Below, piece by piece: positions 38,014-46,624 of a stretch of 64,000 nt of DNA. The DNA comes from Oscillospiraceae bacterium (GTDB lineage Bacteria > Bacillota > Dethiobacteria > Dethiobacterales > Dethiobacteraceae). The stretch spans positions 10,100 to 74,099 of the forward strand of contig DASRMS010000183.1 of assembly GCA_035647835.1 (NCBI GenBank), given 5' to 3'. The position numbers were made by a program, and so were the translations under genes. Positions within the stretch are counted from its first letter, which is position 1; each line of letters begins with the position of its first letter. The notes beneath the pieces were generated by a model. The model had not been told where the DNA came from, did not search any database, and saw only the letters and a list, made by a program, of their open reading frames with translations.

Positions 38014-39050
38014 GGAGATTCGTCCTCTGCCACGGCAATCGTTATTTGGTCTAACTTCTGTTTGGGCACCAGCAGCTTGCTGCTCTGTGCCGCGAGAATT
38101 GCTGTCGGTACGCATACACTTCCCACCCCCATTATTTCTTCAACAAATTTTGATTTTTCATAATCATACTGTACGGCTTGAATTTCAGCAGCATTGAAAA
38201 AGCGTATTGGTACCTTTAGGTTATAAGCGGCAGTAAGCAAGCCTGCTTCATCCCGTTTTTGCTCAATACTCGCCAGCTGGGCAAGTGAGGCTGCTGCTAA
38301 ATTAAAATCCTTTAGTACAGTTTTAACAGCTGCTTCTATTCGTTCAGCAGCAACACCACGGCGGCAGCCAACACCAACATATAGATTCTTGGGTCGCAGC
38401 AGCAGCTCATTGACACACATCCCTGGTAGCTGCTGACAGTGAGTCAGTACGGCTCGCGGCTGCCCCTGAGCTGTTTTAAGTTGTGCTAACGGTTGAAAAG
38501 AAAGTCCTGCAGCCTCACCAAATACACTGACTGGCCAGTCTGTAAACACAGTAACCGGCTCACCGCGCAGCATGGCGGCATTTAGCTCTTTCACCCTTGA
38601 GACAGGTTCAGGAGTTAAGCCAAACTGATGAGCAATCACGTCTACTGCCCGCAGACCAGCACCGTCCGTAGCCGTCGTAATCACAGCTGTGCCCTCCAGA
38701 TACTGCGCGAGCTGCTGTGCCAGCGCATTGGCTCCACCCAAGTGACCGGAAAGCAGCGAGATTGCAAAACGCCCGTGTTCATCGAGCACAACTACTGCCG
38801 GATCCTGCTGCTTACTCTGTAGGTATGGTGCCAGCAGACGTACGGCAATGCCGACAGCCATAATTAAAACCAGCTTCCGCTGTTGGCGAAATAAATCTGG
38901 CAGCAGTACCCGTAAAGCTGTATAGGGGCATGCTTGATCATCTGGCTGCAGCAGAGAATGAGGCAGGTAGACACTGTAGTTGAACTGCTGTTTTAAACAC
39001 AGAGCCAGCTCTCTGCCGCGTGGTGTCAGGGCTACAACTGCGCCACTCAT
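37977..39050 (-). CDS. cbiG: cobalt-precorrin-5A hydrolase
   Basis: 357 aa with the CbiG N, middle and C-terminal regions (LASIEQKRDEAGL ... VCVPTAILAA). Confidence 0.85.
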   Translation of the reverse strand: MSGAVVALTPRGRELALCLKQQFNYSVYLPHSLLQPDDQACPYTALRVLLPDLFRQQRKLVLIMAVGIAVRLLAPYLQSKQQDPAVVVLDEHGRFAISLLSGHLGGANALAQQLAQYLEGTAVITTATDGAGLRAVDVIAHQFGLTPEPVSRVKELNAAMLRGEPVTVFTDWPVSVFGEAAGLSFQPLAQLKTAQGQPRAVLTHCQQLPGMCVNELLLRPKNLYVGVGCRRGVAAERIEAAVKTVLKDFNLAAASLAQLASIEQKRDEAGLLTAAYNLKVPIRFFNAAEIQAVQYDYEKSKFVEEIMGVGSVCVPTAILAAQSSKLLVPKQKLDQITIAVAEDESPWLASDRVMRLS

Positions 39051-39808
39051 TGGTCCTTTCCTGCCCGAAAACCGTGTGAAAACTCCGGGGCATACAAGCG
39101 AGAAGGCTTCACCTGTTCTTCACGCAAAAACTCCCCGACCAGAATCATAGCAGTCTTGGTCACGCCAGCTTGCTTCACCTGCTGGGCAAGATTGTCTAAA
39201 GTACCGCTTACCACCCGCTCTTGCGGCCACGAAGCTTTTTCCACTACTGCAGCTGGTGTTTCCGGCGGGTAAGCTGTTAACAGTTCCGCCACTACCCCCT
39301 CAATCATCCCCACACTGAGAAAAATGCAGATCGAGGCACGGTGTGCTGCCAGCGCCTGTAAATTTTCCTTTTCCGGAACTGGCGTTCTCCCCGCCAGGCG
39401 CGTAATAATCACCGTTTGCGACACTTCAGGCACTGTCAACTCACGCCCTACAGCCGCGGCAGCCGCAGCAAAAGAGGATACCCCTGGGACTGTTTGTGAA
39501 TCGATTCCTGCTGCCTGTAATTGATCCGCCTGCTCCTGAATAGCACCATACAGGGAAGGATCACCAGTATGTAAACGTACCACCTTTTGTCCTTGCTGCA
39601 CAGCCATCTTAATCATTGTTATGATTTCTGGCAGCGATAAACCTGCACTATCTACCAGTTGTGCCTGTGGACCTGCATGTTCCAGAATTGCTGGATTAAC
39701 CAGAGAGCCGGCGTAAATAATCAGGTTTGCTTCCCGCAGCAGCCGCGCTCCTTTCAGTGTAATTAACTCCGGATCACCGGGTCCGGCTCCGACAAAGTAA
39801 ACTGTCAT
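39047..39808 (-). CDS. cbiF: cobalt-precorrin-4 C11-methyltransferase
   Basis: MTVYFVGAGPGDPELITLKG N-terminus and the HTGDPSLYGA motif. Confidence 0.9.
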   Translation of the reverse strand: MTVYFVGAGPGDPELITLKGARLLREANLIIYAGSLVNPAILEHAGPQAQLVDSAGLSLPEIITMIKMAVQQGQKVVRLHTGDPSLYGAIQEQADQLQAAGIDSQTVPGVSSFAAAAAAVGRELTVPEVSQTVIITRLAGRTPVPEKENLQALAAHRASICIFLSVGMIEGVVAELLTAYPPETPAAVVEKASWPQERVVSGTLDNLAQQVKQAGVTKTAMILVGEFLREEQVKPSRLYAPEFSHGFRAGKDQ

Positions 39809-40521
39809 CCATTTCTTCTCCTTTTAGCGATTAGTAAAGAAAGATAATCTACTGCCTGGCCTCGGTAGGCAAAGGGGTCATTTGTCCAAAATTCATCTTT
39901 GCCGCCAACACGGCTGACTAGATAAACCTCCTGGTTAAAGCCGGTTTTCTCCAACAGCGCCAGCGTTTCGTCATAAGCAGCCGATACTTTGAGTAAAACC
40001 ACTGTGTCCACATAACGCGTCAGTTCTACGAATTCTTCCTGGCCAACCGGCACAGGAATCACGGCCATTCTTTCATCATTTTCAAGCAAAGGCACTTGCA
40101 GCAGGGCGGCAGCTGCATTGATTGAAGAGATGCCCGGGATAATTTCAGTTTTAACCGTAGGTGTCAATTTTCTCAGAAATTGTAATAGGTAAGAAAAAGT
40201 ACTGTACAGCAATGGATCACCAATTGTCAGAAAAGAAACCACTGAGTGTTCCGTTAGTAGTTGCGCTACCCGAGATGCTGCCTCCCGCCAATGCTGTGCT
40301 AAAACCACTGTGTCTCGTGTCATGGGAAACAGCAATTCTTCTATTAACACCTCCGCTGCTAAATATGGTTGTGCAGTTTGCAGAGCTACACTCTCCCGCT
40401 CCGCTTTAGATTTAGGAACACAAACAACTTGCGAAGCAGCCAGAGCGTCAATCGCCGTTTTCGTCAGATAACCACTATCGCCCGGGCCGACGCCGATTCC
40501 GTAGAAAATCTCCTTTGTCAC
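39805..40521 (-). CDS. cbiL: cobalt-factor II (precorrin-2) C20-methyltransferase
   Basis: FYGIGVGPGDSGYLT N-terminus. The GTG at 40521 overlaps the cbiT stop (GTGA) and is preceded by AAGGAGGA. The 310-aa ORF-track version has an implausible extension. Confidence 0.8.
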   Translation of the reverse strand: MTKEIFYGIGVGPGDSGYLTKTAIDALAASQVVCVPKSKAERESVALQTAQPYLAAEVLIEELLFPMTRDTVVLAQHWREAASRVAQLLTEHSVVSFLTIGDPLLYSTFSYLLQFLRKLTPTVKTEIIPGISSINAAAALLQVPLLENDERMAVIPVPVGQEEFVELTRYVDTVVLLKVSAAYDETLALLEKTGFNQEVYLVSRVGGKDEFWTNDPFAYRGQAVDYLSLLIAKRRRNG

Positions 40522-41126
40522 TTTGTTTCCTCCTTTTGGGCACTGATAATCCAAACTCCGTTTTGCGCCTGGAAATAATCTTCTCGACCTAATTTTTGCA
40601 GGCGTGATGCCTGTACATACAAGCCATCTCGGTTGGTAAAAGGTTCTGCCGATAACCTTTCTAAAGTACGTACCATGTTCTGGGGCGTTACTACATTTAC
40701 GACCAGAATCCCATCTGGCGTTAACTTCTCCCCGCAATAAGTCAGAATTTCTGTCAGCTGCCCGCCACTGCCACCAACAATAACCCGCTGGGGCTGCGGC
40801 AATGACACCAGCGCTGCCGGCGCTTCTGCTGCCACAACCGTAAGATTATCTGTACCAAAACGACTGCTGTTTTGCTGCAATAGTTCTACGCCTTCCGCAT
40901 TGCGCTCGATGGCATAAACCTGGCTTGACGGCACAGCTAAGGCAGCTTCAATAGCTAACGAACCCGTGCCTGCCCCAACATCCCACACAACCTGTCCCGG
41001 CTGTAGGCGTAGTTGAGCTAGCGTTAACACACGCACCTCTCGTTTGGTCATGGGCACCCGGCCACGGATAAAAACTGTATCAGGCAGGCCTAAACCGCAG
41101 TAAGTCCAGTCGTTAGGCATCCTCAA
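40518..41126 (-). CDS. cbiT: cobalt-precorrin-6B C15-methyltransferase (decarboxylating)
   Basis: PMTKREVRVL and the SAM-binding motif VWDVGAGTGS. An alternative start is the ATG at 41120. Confidence 0.85.
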   Translation of the reverse strand: MRMPNDWTYCGLGLPDTVFIRGRVPMTKREVRVLTLAQLRLQPGQVVWDVGAGTGSLAIEAALAVPSSQVYAIERNAEGVELLQQNSSRFGTDNLTVVAAEAPAALVSLPQPQRVIVGGSGGQLTEILTYCGEKLTPDGILVVNVVTPQNMVRTLERLSAEPFTNRDGLYVQASRLQKLGREDYFQAQNGVWIISAQKEETK

Positions 41127-41733
41127 TCACCATCACACAGTCACCTGCCGTTGCTGCATCAAGCAAACTTAGACGAGTACGTTGAATCTCTTCTGCCGGA
41201 GTTGTCAGTCGATAACATAGAGCCACGCCGGTATCGCTGCCGCCTGCCCCTAAAATCATTTTAGCAATCCTCCCTGGCGTCCACTGCTGATCGGTCAAAA
41301 TGGCTTTCTTCCCCGGGCGCAGCAAGCTTGGCAATAATTCCTCTCCATTGCGTCCGTGGGCAGATAAAAGTGTAGCGTCCTGCCAAGGTTCAGCAAGGCG
41401 GGCAAACGCCACCTGCATTGATGAAACACCTGGCAATACTTCTAATTCTGCTGCCGTAAAATGCCGGCGTAAATAAGCCAGTAAACTATAAAAGCCGGGA
41501 TCACCAGAAACCAGAACCACAATTTTTTTTAAGGCTGCCAGTTTACGTAAACGCTCTGCTAAACCTTCCAGTTTACCTGTCAAGGGAATGATTTCTTTCT
41601 GCAGTGAAAGAAACGGTGCAGTTGCTCTCGCCCCACCTAACAGCACATCCGCCGCCTCTACCTGCTCCCTGACTACAGGCAATACATATTTTTCACCACC
41701 GGGTCCCACTCCGGCCAGACAAATTTTAAGCAT
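41113..41733 (-). CDS. cbiE: cobalt-precorrin-7 C5-methyltransferase
   Basis: LKICLAGVGPGG N-terminus. GGAGGTGG precedes the ATG at 41733. Confidence 0.85.
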   Translation of the reverse strand: MLKICLAGVGPGGEKYVLPVVREQVEAADVLLGGARATAPFLSLQKEIIPLTGKLEGLAERLRKLAALKKIVVLVSGDPGFYSLLAYLRRHFTAAELEVLPGVSSMQVAFARLAEPWQDATLLSAHGRNGEELLPSLLRPGKKAILTDQQWTPGRIAKMILGAGGSDTGVALCYRLTTPAEEIQRTRLSLLDAATAGDCVMVIEDA

Positions 41734-42850
41734 TATCTTCCACCTCCAACCATTTTGCTGCCTGCAGATCATGCGCCACTATATCCCCGGCCAAATTTAG
41801 AAAAATGCAGCCCACCTTTACACCGCCGCCAGCTATTTTTTCTGCTCTTCTTGCCGCAGCCTGTGCGCACTGCCTCAGAACCTGCTGATAACCATGCTGC
41901 CGTAAATAAGCAGCTGATTGTTCTGCTGTGTTATGTGACATTAAATCCTGCAGCACTGAGAGCGGTAACCCTGCTAAGGCGGCATGGGCAACCAGTGTTT
42001 CTCGCCGGGCATCCGCTACGGCACTATGAGTTTCTGCTATCCCGGCCGCCAGTTTAACTAGCTTACCAAGATGCCCATACAGTAAAACTTCCTTAACCCT
42101 TTTGGCAGCACAAGCTTTTAACATATAGCCAATAAAGTTGCTGGTGACAACCACGGCATCTGCCGCTACACCTAAATTTTCTATGGCATTGCGCTTCCCC
42201 ATTTTACCGGGGGTTAGCACCAAACGCTGCTGCCCGGCCGCCAGTGCCAGATCGATTTGTGGCACCAGTGAACGCTTAAAGGCAGCGGACGACATGGGCT
42301 CCACAATCCCTGTCGTACCCAAAATGGAAATTCCCCCCACGATACCCAGCTCCGGGTTCAGAGTGCGTTTGGCCAGCTGCACACCTGCAGGGACTGAGAT
42401 GGTAATGGCCGCTCCCGCCTGCGCAGGCAGAACGCTGGCCACAGCCTGGCGAATTTGGGCGCGGGGAACAGGGTTAATGGCAGGCTCACCCGGGGGAATG
42501 GCTAAACCTGGTTTTGTCACCAGACCTACCCCCTCCCCAGCCTCCAACTTAAACTCCCCTCGTGGCAGTGGGGTTGCTTGCGCAAAAATTTCCACCTGAT
42601 GTGTGACATCGGGATCATCGCCGGCATCTTTGCTGATACCGACACGCACGCCGGCAGTTTCCCTTATCACTGAAGAAAGTGGCAAAGTAAGTTGAATACC
42701 AGCCGGTGTATCCACAGTGACTTCTGTGATTGTTTGCTCCGAGTACAAAAGTATTACGGCAGCTTTGGCAGCCGCAGCCGCACAGGTGCCTGTGGTAAAA
42801 CCAGCTCGTAAAACTGTACCGTCAGCTTGTTGAAAGGTTGGTAGCATCAC
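41726..42850 (-). CDS. cbiD: cobalt-precorrin-5B C1-methyltransferase
   Basis: 374 aa. LRAGFTTGTCAAAAAKAA N-terminus typical of CbiD. Confidence 0.9.
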   Translation of the reverse strand: MMLPTFQQADGTVLRAGFTTGTCAAAAAKAAVILLYSEQTITEVTVDTPAGIQLTLPLSSVIRETAGVRVGISKDAGDDPDVTHQVEIFAQATPLPRGEFKLEAGEGVGLVTKPGLAIPPGEPAINPVPRAQIRQAVASVLPAQAGAAITISVPAGVQLAKRTLNPELGIVGGISILGTTGIVEPMSSAAFKRSLVPQIDLALAAGQQRLVLTPGKMGKRNAIENLGVAADAVVVTSNFIGYMLKACAAKRVKEVLLYGHLGKLVKLAAGIAETHSAVADARRETLVAHAALAGLPLSVLQDLMSHNTAEQSAAYLRQHGYQQVLRQCAQAAARRAEKIAGGGVKVGCIFLNLAGDIVAHDLQAAKWLEVEDNA

Positions 42851-42957
42851 TCATGTTCTCCTTTTACTGCTTTTTAATCCATCTACTAACTTTTATTGTA
42901 TTTATTAACTCTTGTTAGAACAAATAATCTCAGACCGACGGTCTGAGATTATACGCA

Positions 42958-43158
42958 TAAAAAAACAACGCTTCCCTTAACCCGAGGGCACGATAGCTTT
43001 GGAGTAATACAGGCAGGTTTCCTGGCTCACCGGTCATAGTTTCAAAGCGCCTTCCCCGACTAGCGAGTGGCATACTGCTTTGAAACTCACGGTTACAGTG
43101 GCGGGACCGCTCAGGGTTTACACCTGATTCCCTTTATACTCATAAGAGTACCTGTTTC
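42958..43158 (-). promoter_or_regulatory. cobalt/cobalamin cluster leader: cobalamin riboswitch with terminator-type platform
   Basis: The minus strand shows GGGAATCAGGTGTAAACCCTGAGCGGTCCCGCCACTGTAACCG, GCCACTCGC, GGGGAAGGCGC and the B12 box AGCCAGGAAACCTGCC (43012-43027), followed by a hairpin plus U7 (42959-42990). A candidate promoter TTGCAA-17-TAAGCT lies at 43180-43208. Confidence 0.85.
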
Positions 43159-43291
43159 CACACATATTTAATTAGCTATAGCTTACCAGATAGTTCATAC
43201 TTTTGCAACATCTTTTTTCGAGTACTGAACATCTCTTTGCCGCCGTACTTCACGATTCTACCTGTGGTTGAGTAAATCTAATACAAAGCGG

Positions 43292-43320
43292 TTGCTGATT
43301 TATCTTCCATATGCAATACT
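43292..43320 (+). promoter_or_regulatory. candidate sigma-A promoter of HTH-membrane gene copy B
   Basis: TTGCTG, a 17-nt spacer, then TGC-AATACT, identical in layout to 26811-26839. Confidence 0.4.
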
Positions 43321-43346
43321 AAAGCAGGAGAAGGAGATGAATCAAG

Positions 43347-44492
43347 ATGACAAATTACGCTTGCGGACGCTTAATTGCAGAACTACGCAAAGCAAAGAAT
43401 ATGACCCAGAAGGAACTGGCGGCATATCTTAATGTATCTGATAAAGCAGTATCAAAATGGGAACGTGGCGAGAACTATCCTGAAGTCTCCATTTTGCCCC
43501 AACTGGCACATAAGCTTGAAATTACTGTGGATGAGCTTTTAAATGGGGAAATTGCTCCGCAGACTGCAAGCTCAACTAACCCGCCTGAGGCTGAGGATGT
43601 TTATGCATATTCCTGCTTATTAGAAGATGCCCACTTAAGATACAAGAAGCACACCCTGACAGCTTATGCCATCTTAACTACCGGTATCCTTACCGGCTCC
43701 ATCATTTTAAACAATATCCTCCCCCAGGTTGCTGCAGTGGCCTTTGCTTTGACCGGAACACTCTTTTACTATTTTGCTCAGAGCCAATATCAGAATGCCA
43801 GGGACAGATTTGCACAGTTTGCACCAGCAGCTGTTACTGCAGACGGCACAGCTGTCACTCTGATAAAATACGGCAGTACTTTTATCGGTATAGCTGTTTC
43901 CCTGCTGCTCATCCTAAATACCATAGCTGCAAGCACCCCTCATAATTTATTTATTCAGAACAACTATTTGTTGATAGAAAAAACTGTACCGTTCCCGGCC
44001 CTTTTGCTGCTTATGATCATCAATCTTCTGCTGTATGTTTATCAATATAATGGCTACAGAAGGGATCGCTTGCTAAAGATCTCCAGAGGTGATTTTGTCA
44101 GAATACTAAGCAGCTTCGGCCTATCAATCATCCTTGCCGCACTTCTGCTAATCCTTCAGCTCCAGATGATTATCCGTGAGGGAGCATATAATGCAATCTT
44201 GATCAAGAATGTAACATTACTGGCCTTAGTCTTCGCTGTGTTAAGCAATTTTTGTTTACTGTTCTTTAATAAACGCCACAGCTTTAAAAAGTTCCTGCAC
44301 ATTTTTGTAATATCTATACTACAAGCCGGTTTTCTCATCTTTGCAGCCAATCAATACGTCGTCTCCACCAAGCATTATGACTCCAATGTTCTTGGCCTCG
44401 TCTACACTGGTAATATCATTACAGTGGTGATGCTGGCGATAACAATTTTCCACTTTACCTATTTACAATTATCTCGAAAAAAGTACGCTTAA
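43347..44492 (+). CDS. XRE-family HTH domain fused to an 8-TM membrane domain (paralog B)
   Basis: 381 aa, colinear with paralog A without indels. The HTH region is almost identical; the TM region is more diverged. Confidence 0.75.
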   Translation: MTNYACGRLIAELRKAKNMTQKELAAYLNVSDKAVSKWERGENYPEVSILPQLAHKLEITVDELLNGEIAPQTASSTNPPEAEDVYAYSCLLEDAHLRYKKHTLTAYAILTTGILTGSIILNNILPQVAAVAFALTGTLFYYFAQSQYQNARDRFAQFAPAAVTADGTAVTLIKYGSTFIGIAVSLLLILNTIAASTPHNLFIQNNYLLIEKTVPFPALLLLMIINLLLYVYQYNGYRRDRLLKISRGDFVRILSSFGLSIILAALLLILQLQMIIREGAYNAILIKNVTLLALVFAVLSNFCLLFFNKRHSFKKFLHIFVISILQAGFLIFAANQYVVSTKHYDSNVLGLVYTGNIITVVMLAITIFHFTYLQLSRKKYA

Positions 44493-44543
44493 AGCTTTAG
44501 TCTCGCAGCTGCCAGCAAACCCTGCACCACAGAAGAAGCCAGC

Positions 44544-44585
44544 AAGCCGCAGCCCTCATTAGTGGGGCTGCGGCTTTGTCTGTTG
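44544..44585. terminator. intrinsic terminator between convergent genes
   Basis: 12-bp stem aagccgcagccc / gggctgcggctt. Confidence 0.65.
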
Positions 44586-44588
44586 CAT

Positions 44589-45044
44589 TCATGGGCAGGG
44601 GATTGTTTTAAAGTGCGGCACCAGTTTTTTTAAGTCAGCCAGTCTATTGCGGACAAGGCGAGTCCCCAGCTGCTGTGCTGCGCTGTGCCAGCCTATTCGC
44701 TGCAAAAAACAACACCAGCCTGCCACTTGAGGATTTTCTAAGACACAAGTTATGATAACTAGTTCACTTAGCGGTACTTGGTAAATCGACAATAAGCTGT
44801 GTATACCGCGGACAAATATTTCGGGATACTTTTTAACAGTAGTGAGGTAAATTTGCTCACCATCTTCAGTTAGACCAACATAGCGAATTACTCCCTCATC
44901 TGCCTTGGTAACAGCACGAAAATATGGCAGTTCACACAATTTCAGTGGAGAAGGGGGAGCATCCCAGTTAAGCTGTTTTAGATGAAGGGAAGCCGCAGCC
45001 GCAGGCAAATAATAATCGGTTAACCCTAGGTAAAGATAATTCAT
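44589..45044 (-). CDS. DUF3189-like protein, degenerate paralog
   Basis: 151 aa, colinear with the upstream gene (AAASLHLKQL, GEQIYLTT, IHSLLSIYQV). It lacks the HCYGGAHSS motif. The start overlaps the upstream stop by 4 nt. Confidence 0.5.
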   Translation of the reverse strand: MNYLYLGLTDYYLPAAAASLHLKQLNWDAPPSPLKLCELPYFRAVTKADEGVIRYVGLTEDGEQIYLTTVKKYPEIFVRGIHSLLSIYQVPLSELVIITCVLENPQVAGWCCFLQRIGWHSAAQQLGTRLVRNRLADLKKLVPHFKTIPCP

Positions 45045-45505
45045 CCTGCTAGCTTGACCTTTACTTGTGCTACCAGTTCAACAATTTTGGGATATGCCTC
45101 TCTGGTGCCCTGAATTACCAGCGGCCGGCCTACTGAAATAATACTCCAGCGGCGAGACAAATAACCACCAATGCGCATTTTCAGGGAAACGCAGTGTAAA
45201 GTATCGACAAAAACAAGTTGCTCGTGGATACCAAGCAATTTTGACACCCCATGTAAAATGTTTACCATTGTCTGTCCCACATTGCGGCACCCTACCGAAT
45301 AAATTTGATTGCCCCACTCATCAAAACCAAAGAAATGTAACTGCCCGTGGCCCTCGGCAGTTTGACGGTCAAATAGTGCTAAACTAAGCAGCTCTTGTGC
45401 CGTAGGAATTTTATCTGCTTGCAATTGCCCTAAATGGATGGCAGCGGCGGTAACGGATGAATGCGCACCACCGTAACAATGATAGATTATTTTTTTTACC
45501 GTCAT
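45041..45505 (-). CDS. DUF3189 family protein
   Basis: 154 aa. The N-terminus KKIIYHCYGGAHSSVTAAAIHLG matches the DUF3189 family as I recall it. Confidence 0.55.
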   Translation of the reverse strand: MTVKKIIYHCYGGAHSSVTAAAIHLGQLQADKIPTAQELLSLALFDRQTAEGHGQLHFFGFDEWGNQIYSVGCRNVGQTMVNILHGVSKLLGIHEQLVFVDTLHCVSLKMRIGGYLSRRWSIISVGRPLVIQGTREAYPKIVELVAQVKVKLAG

Positions 45506-45524
45506 CCTATCCTCCAGTGTTATG

Positions 45525-45719
45525 TTAATGTTTTACAATAATATAGACACCATTCCCCATATCATGGGCCACTGCTTCCATCACACGCGAGAGGATGGTA
45601 CACATGTTAATCATTTCCTCGTCTGTCTCGGCATAGAAAATAGGGATCCCAGCCACACGATGTTCGCCTTTTCTAGTGGTCACAGCAGCAAGAATTATCT
45701 TGGCAATGGTAACTTCCAT
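45525..45719 (-). CDS. small protein linked to YIEGIA (I recall the RefSeq name as capping complex subunit for YIEGIA)
   Basis: 64 aa, 9 nt downstream of the YIEGIA gene on the same strand. The assignment rests on position and memory only. Confidence 0.4.
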   Translation of the reverse strand: MEVTIAKIILAAVTTRKGEHRVAGIPIFYAETDEEMINMCTILSRVMEAVAHDMGNGVYIIVKH

Positions 45720-45728
45720 CTCATCCTC

Positions 45729-46619
45729 CTAATCTGCCGCACTACGGCCAATGCGGGACTTTAATGGCTGCACAAAAGCGCTTTCCAGCACCGGGACATT
45801 TTGCACAGCAGCCACTAAACATTCTATATCCGGCTCGATAGGTACAATAACCATGCCTACTCTGCCGGTTTCAGGCTTCCGACGCAGCAGCGGGGTAAAT
45901 TCAGCGGTATCTACATCACGCCGCACCCCTAACAAGAGAGCGACATCATGGGCAATTGCTTGTCTTTGTCCCACATTTGCTAATATTTCACGGCCATTAT
46001 CACTAATCGGCTCTAAGACAACACCGCGAGCCATTTCTTCATAAACTTTTTTCACTTCAGGCAAGGCTAGATTCATGATATGTATATCTTCAACAAAGAG
46101 ATTAGCACCATCAAAGTGCACTTTTGCCGGCCTTACTTTGGCAATATCACCAATTAATTTGCCGCGCATAAAACGGCGGACAGCAGTAAGCGCAATGGCA
46201 CCGGCCACAATACCAGGCAGGGGTGAATAAAGATAGGTAAAAAGCGATGTGTTTAGTGAGACAAAAACGACCAAATAATTGCGTGCTTCAAAAGTTCGGG
46301 CGATGCCTTCAATAAAATCTGCACCTCGCGACACTAAAGTTGATTGATCTAGGGAGACCAGCATTTCCCGTTCCATATTGCGCACATCGCGGAACTGTGT
46401 AGCTGCCAAGGTTAAAAAGGTGACTGCTGTATATTCCTTTGCCGCAATGGCAGGGATGGCGACTGCCCCCAGGGTAGCCGCCACAAATCCCAATGCCAGA
46501 TGAGTTACAGTTGCATGCGGATAAGAAGGGTACTGACGAAAATCACGGCGCATCATCCAATAGCGTGCTATCGTACCCATGGTTACGCCGCAGATAATCG
46601 TCAGAATATCTTTATTCAA
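45729..46619 (-). CDS. YIEGIA family membrane protein (B. subtilis YphB/SeaA-like)
   Basis: 296 aa with an N-terminal TM region and the signature ADFIEGIARTF. Confidence 0.7.
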   Translation of the reverse strand: MNKDILTIICGVTMGTIARYWMMRRDFRQYPSYPHATVTHLALGFVAATLGAVAIPAIAAKEYTAVTFLTLAATQFRDVRNMEREMLVSLDQSTLVSRGADFIEGIARTFEARNYLVVFVSLNTSLFTYLYSPLPGIVAGAIALTAVRRFMRGKLIGDIAKVRPAKVHFDGANLFVEDIHIMNLALPEVKKVYEEMARGVVLEPISDNGREILANVGQRQAIAHDVALLLGVRRDVDTAEFTPLLRRKPETGRVGMVIVPIEPDIECLVAAVQNVPVLESAFVQPLKSRIGRSAAD

Positions 46620-46624
46620 GCTCT

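Larger units (their letters stand above)
43040..44580. repeat. segmental duplication, copy B (partner 26558-28096)
   Basis: See copy A. The two lengths differ by about 2 nt and substitutions are scattered throughout. Confidence 0.85.

Noticed and set aside
40522-40737. 72-codon N-terminal extension of cbiL in the ORF track
   Set aside because: The extension overlaps cbiT in another frame and has no methylase-like sequence. GTG 40521, with a strong RBS and a GTGA overlap, is the natural start.
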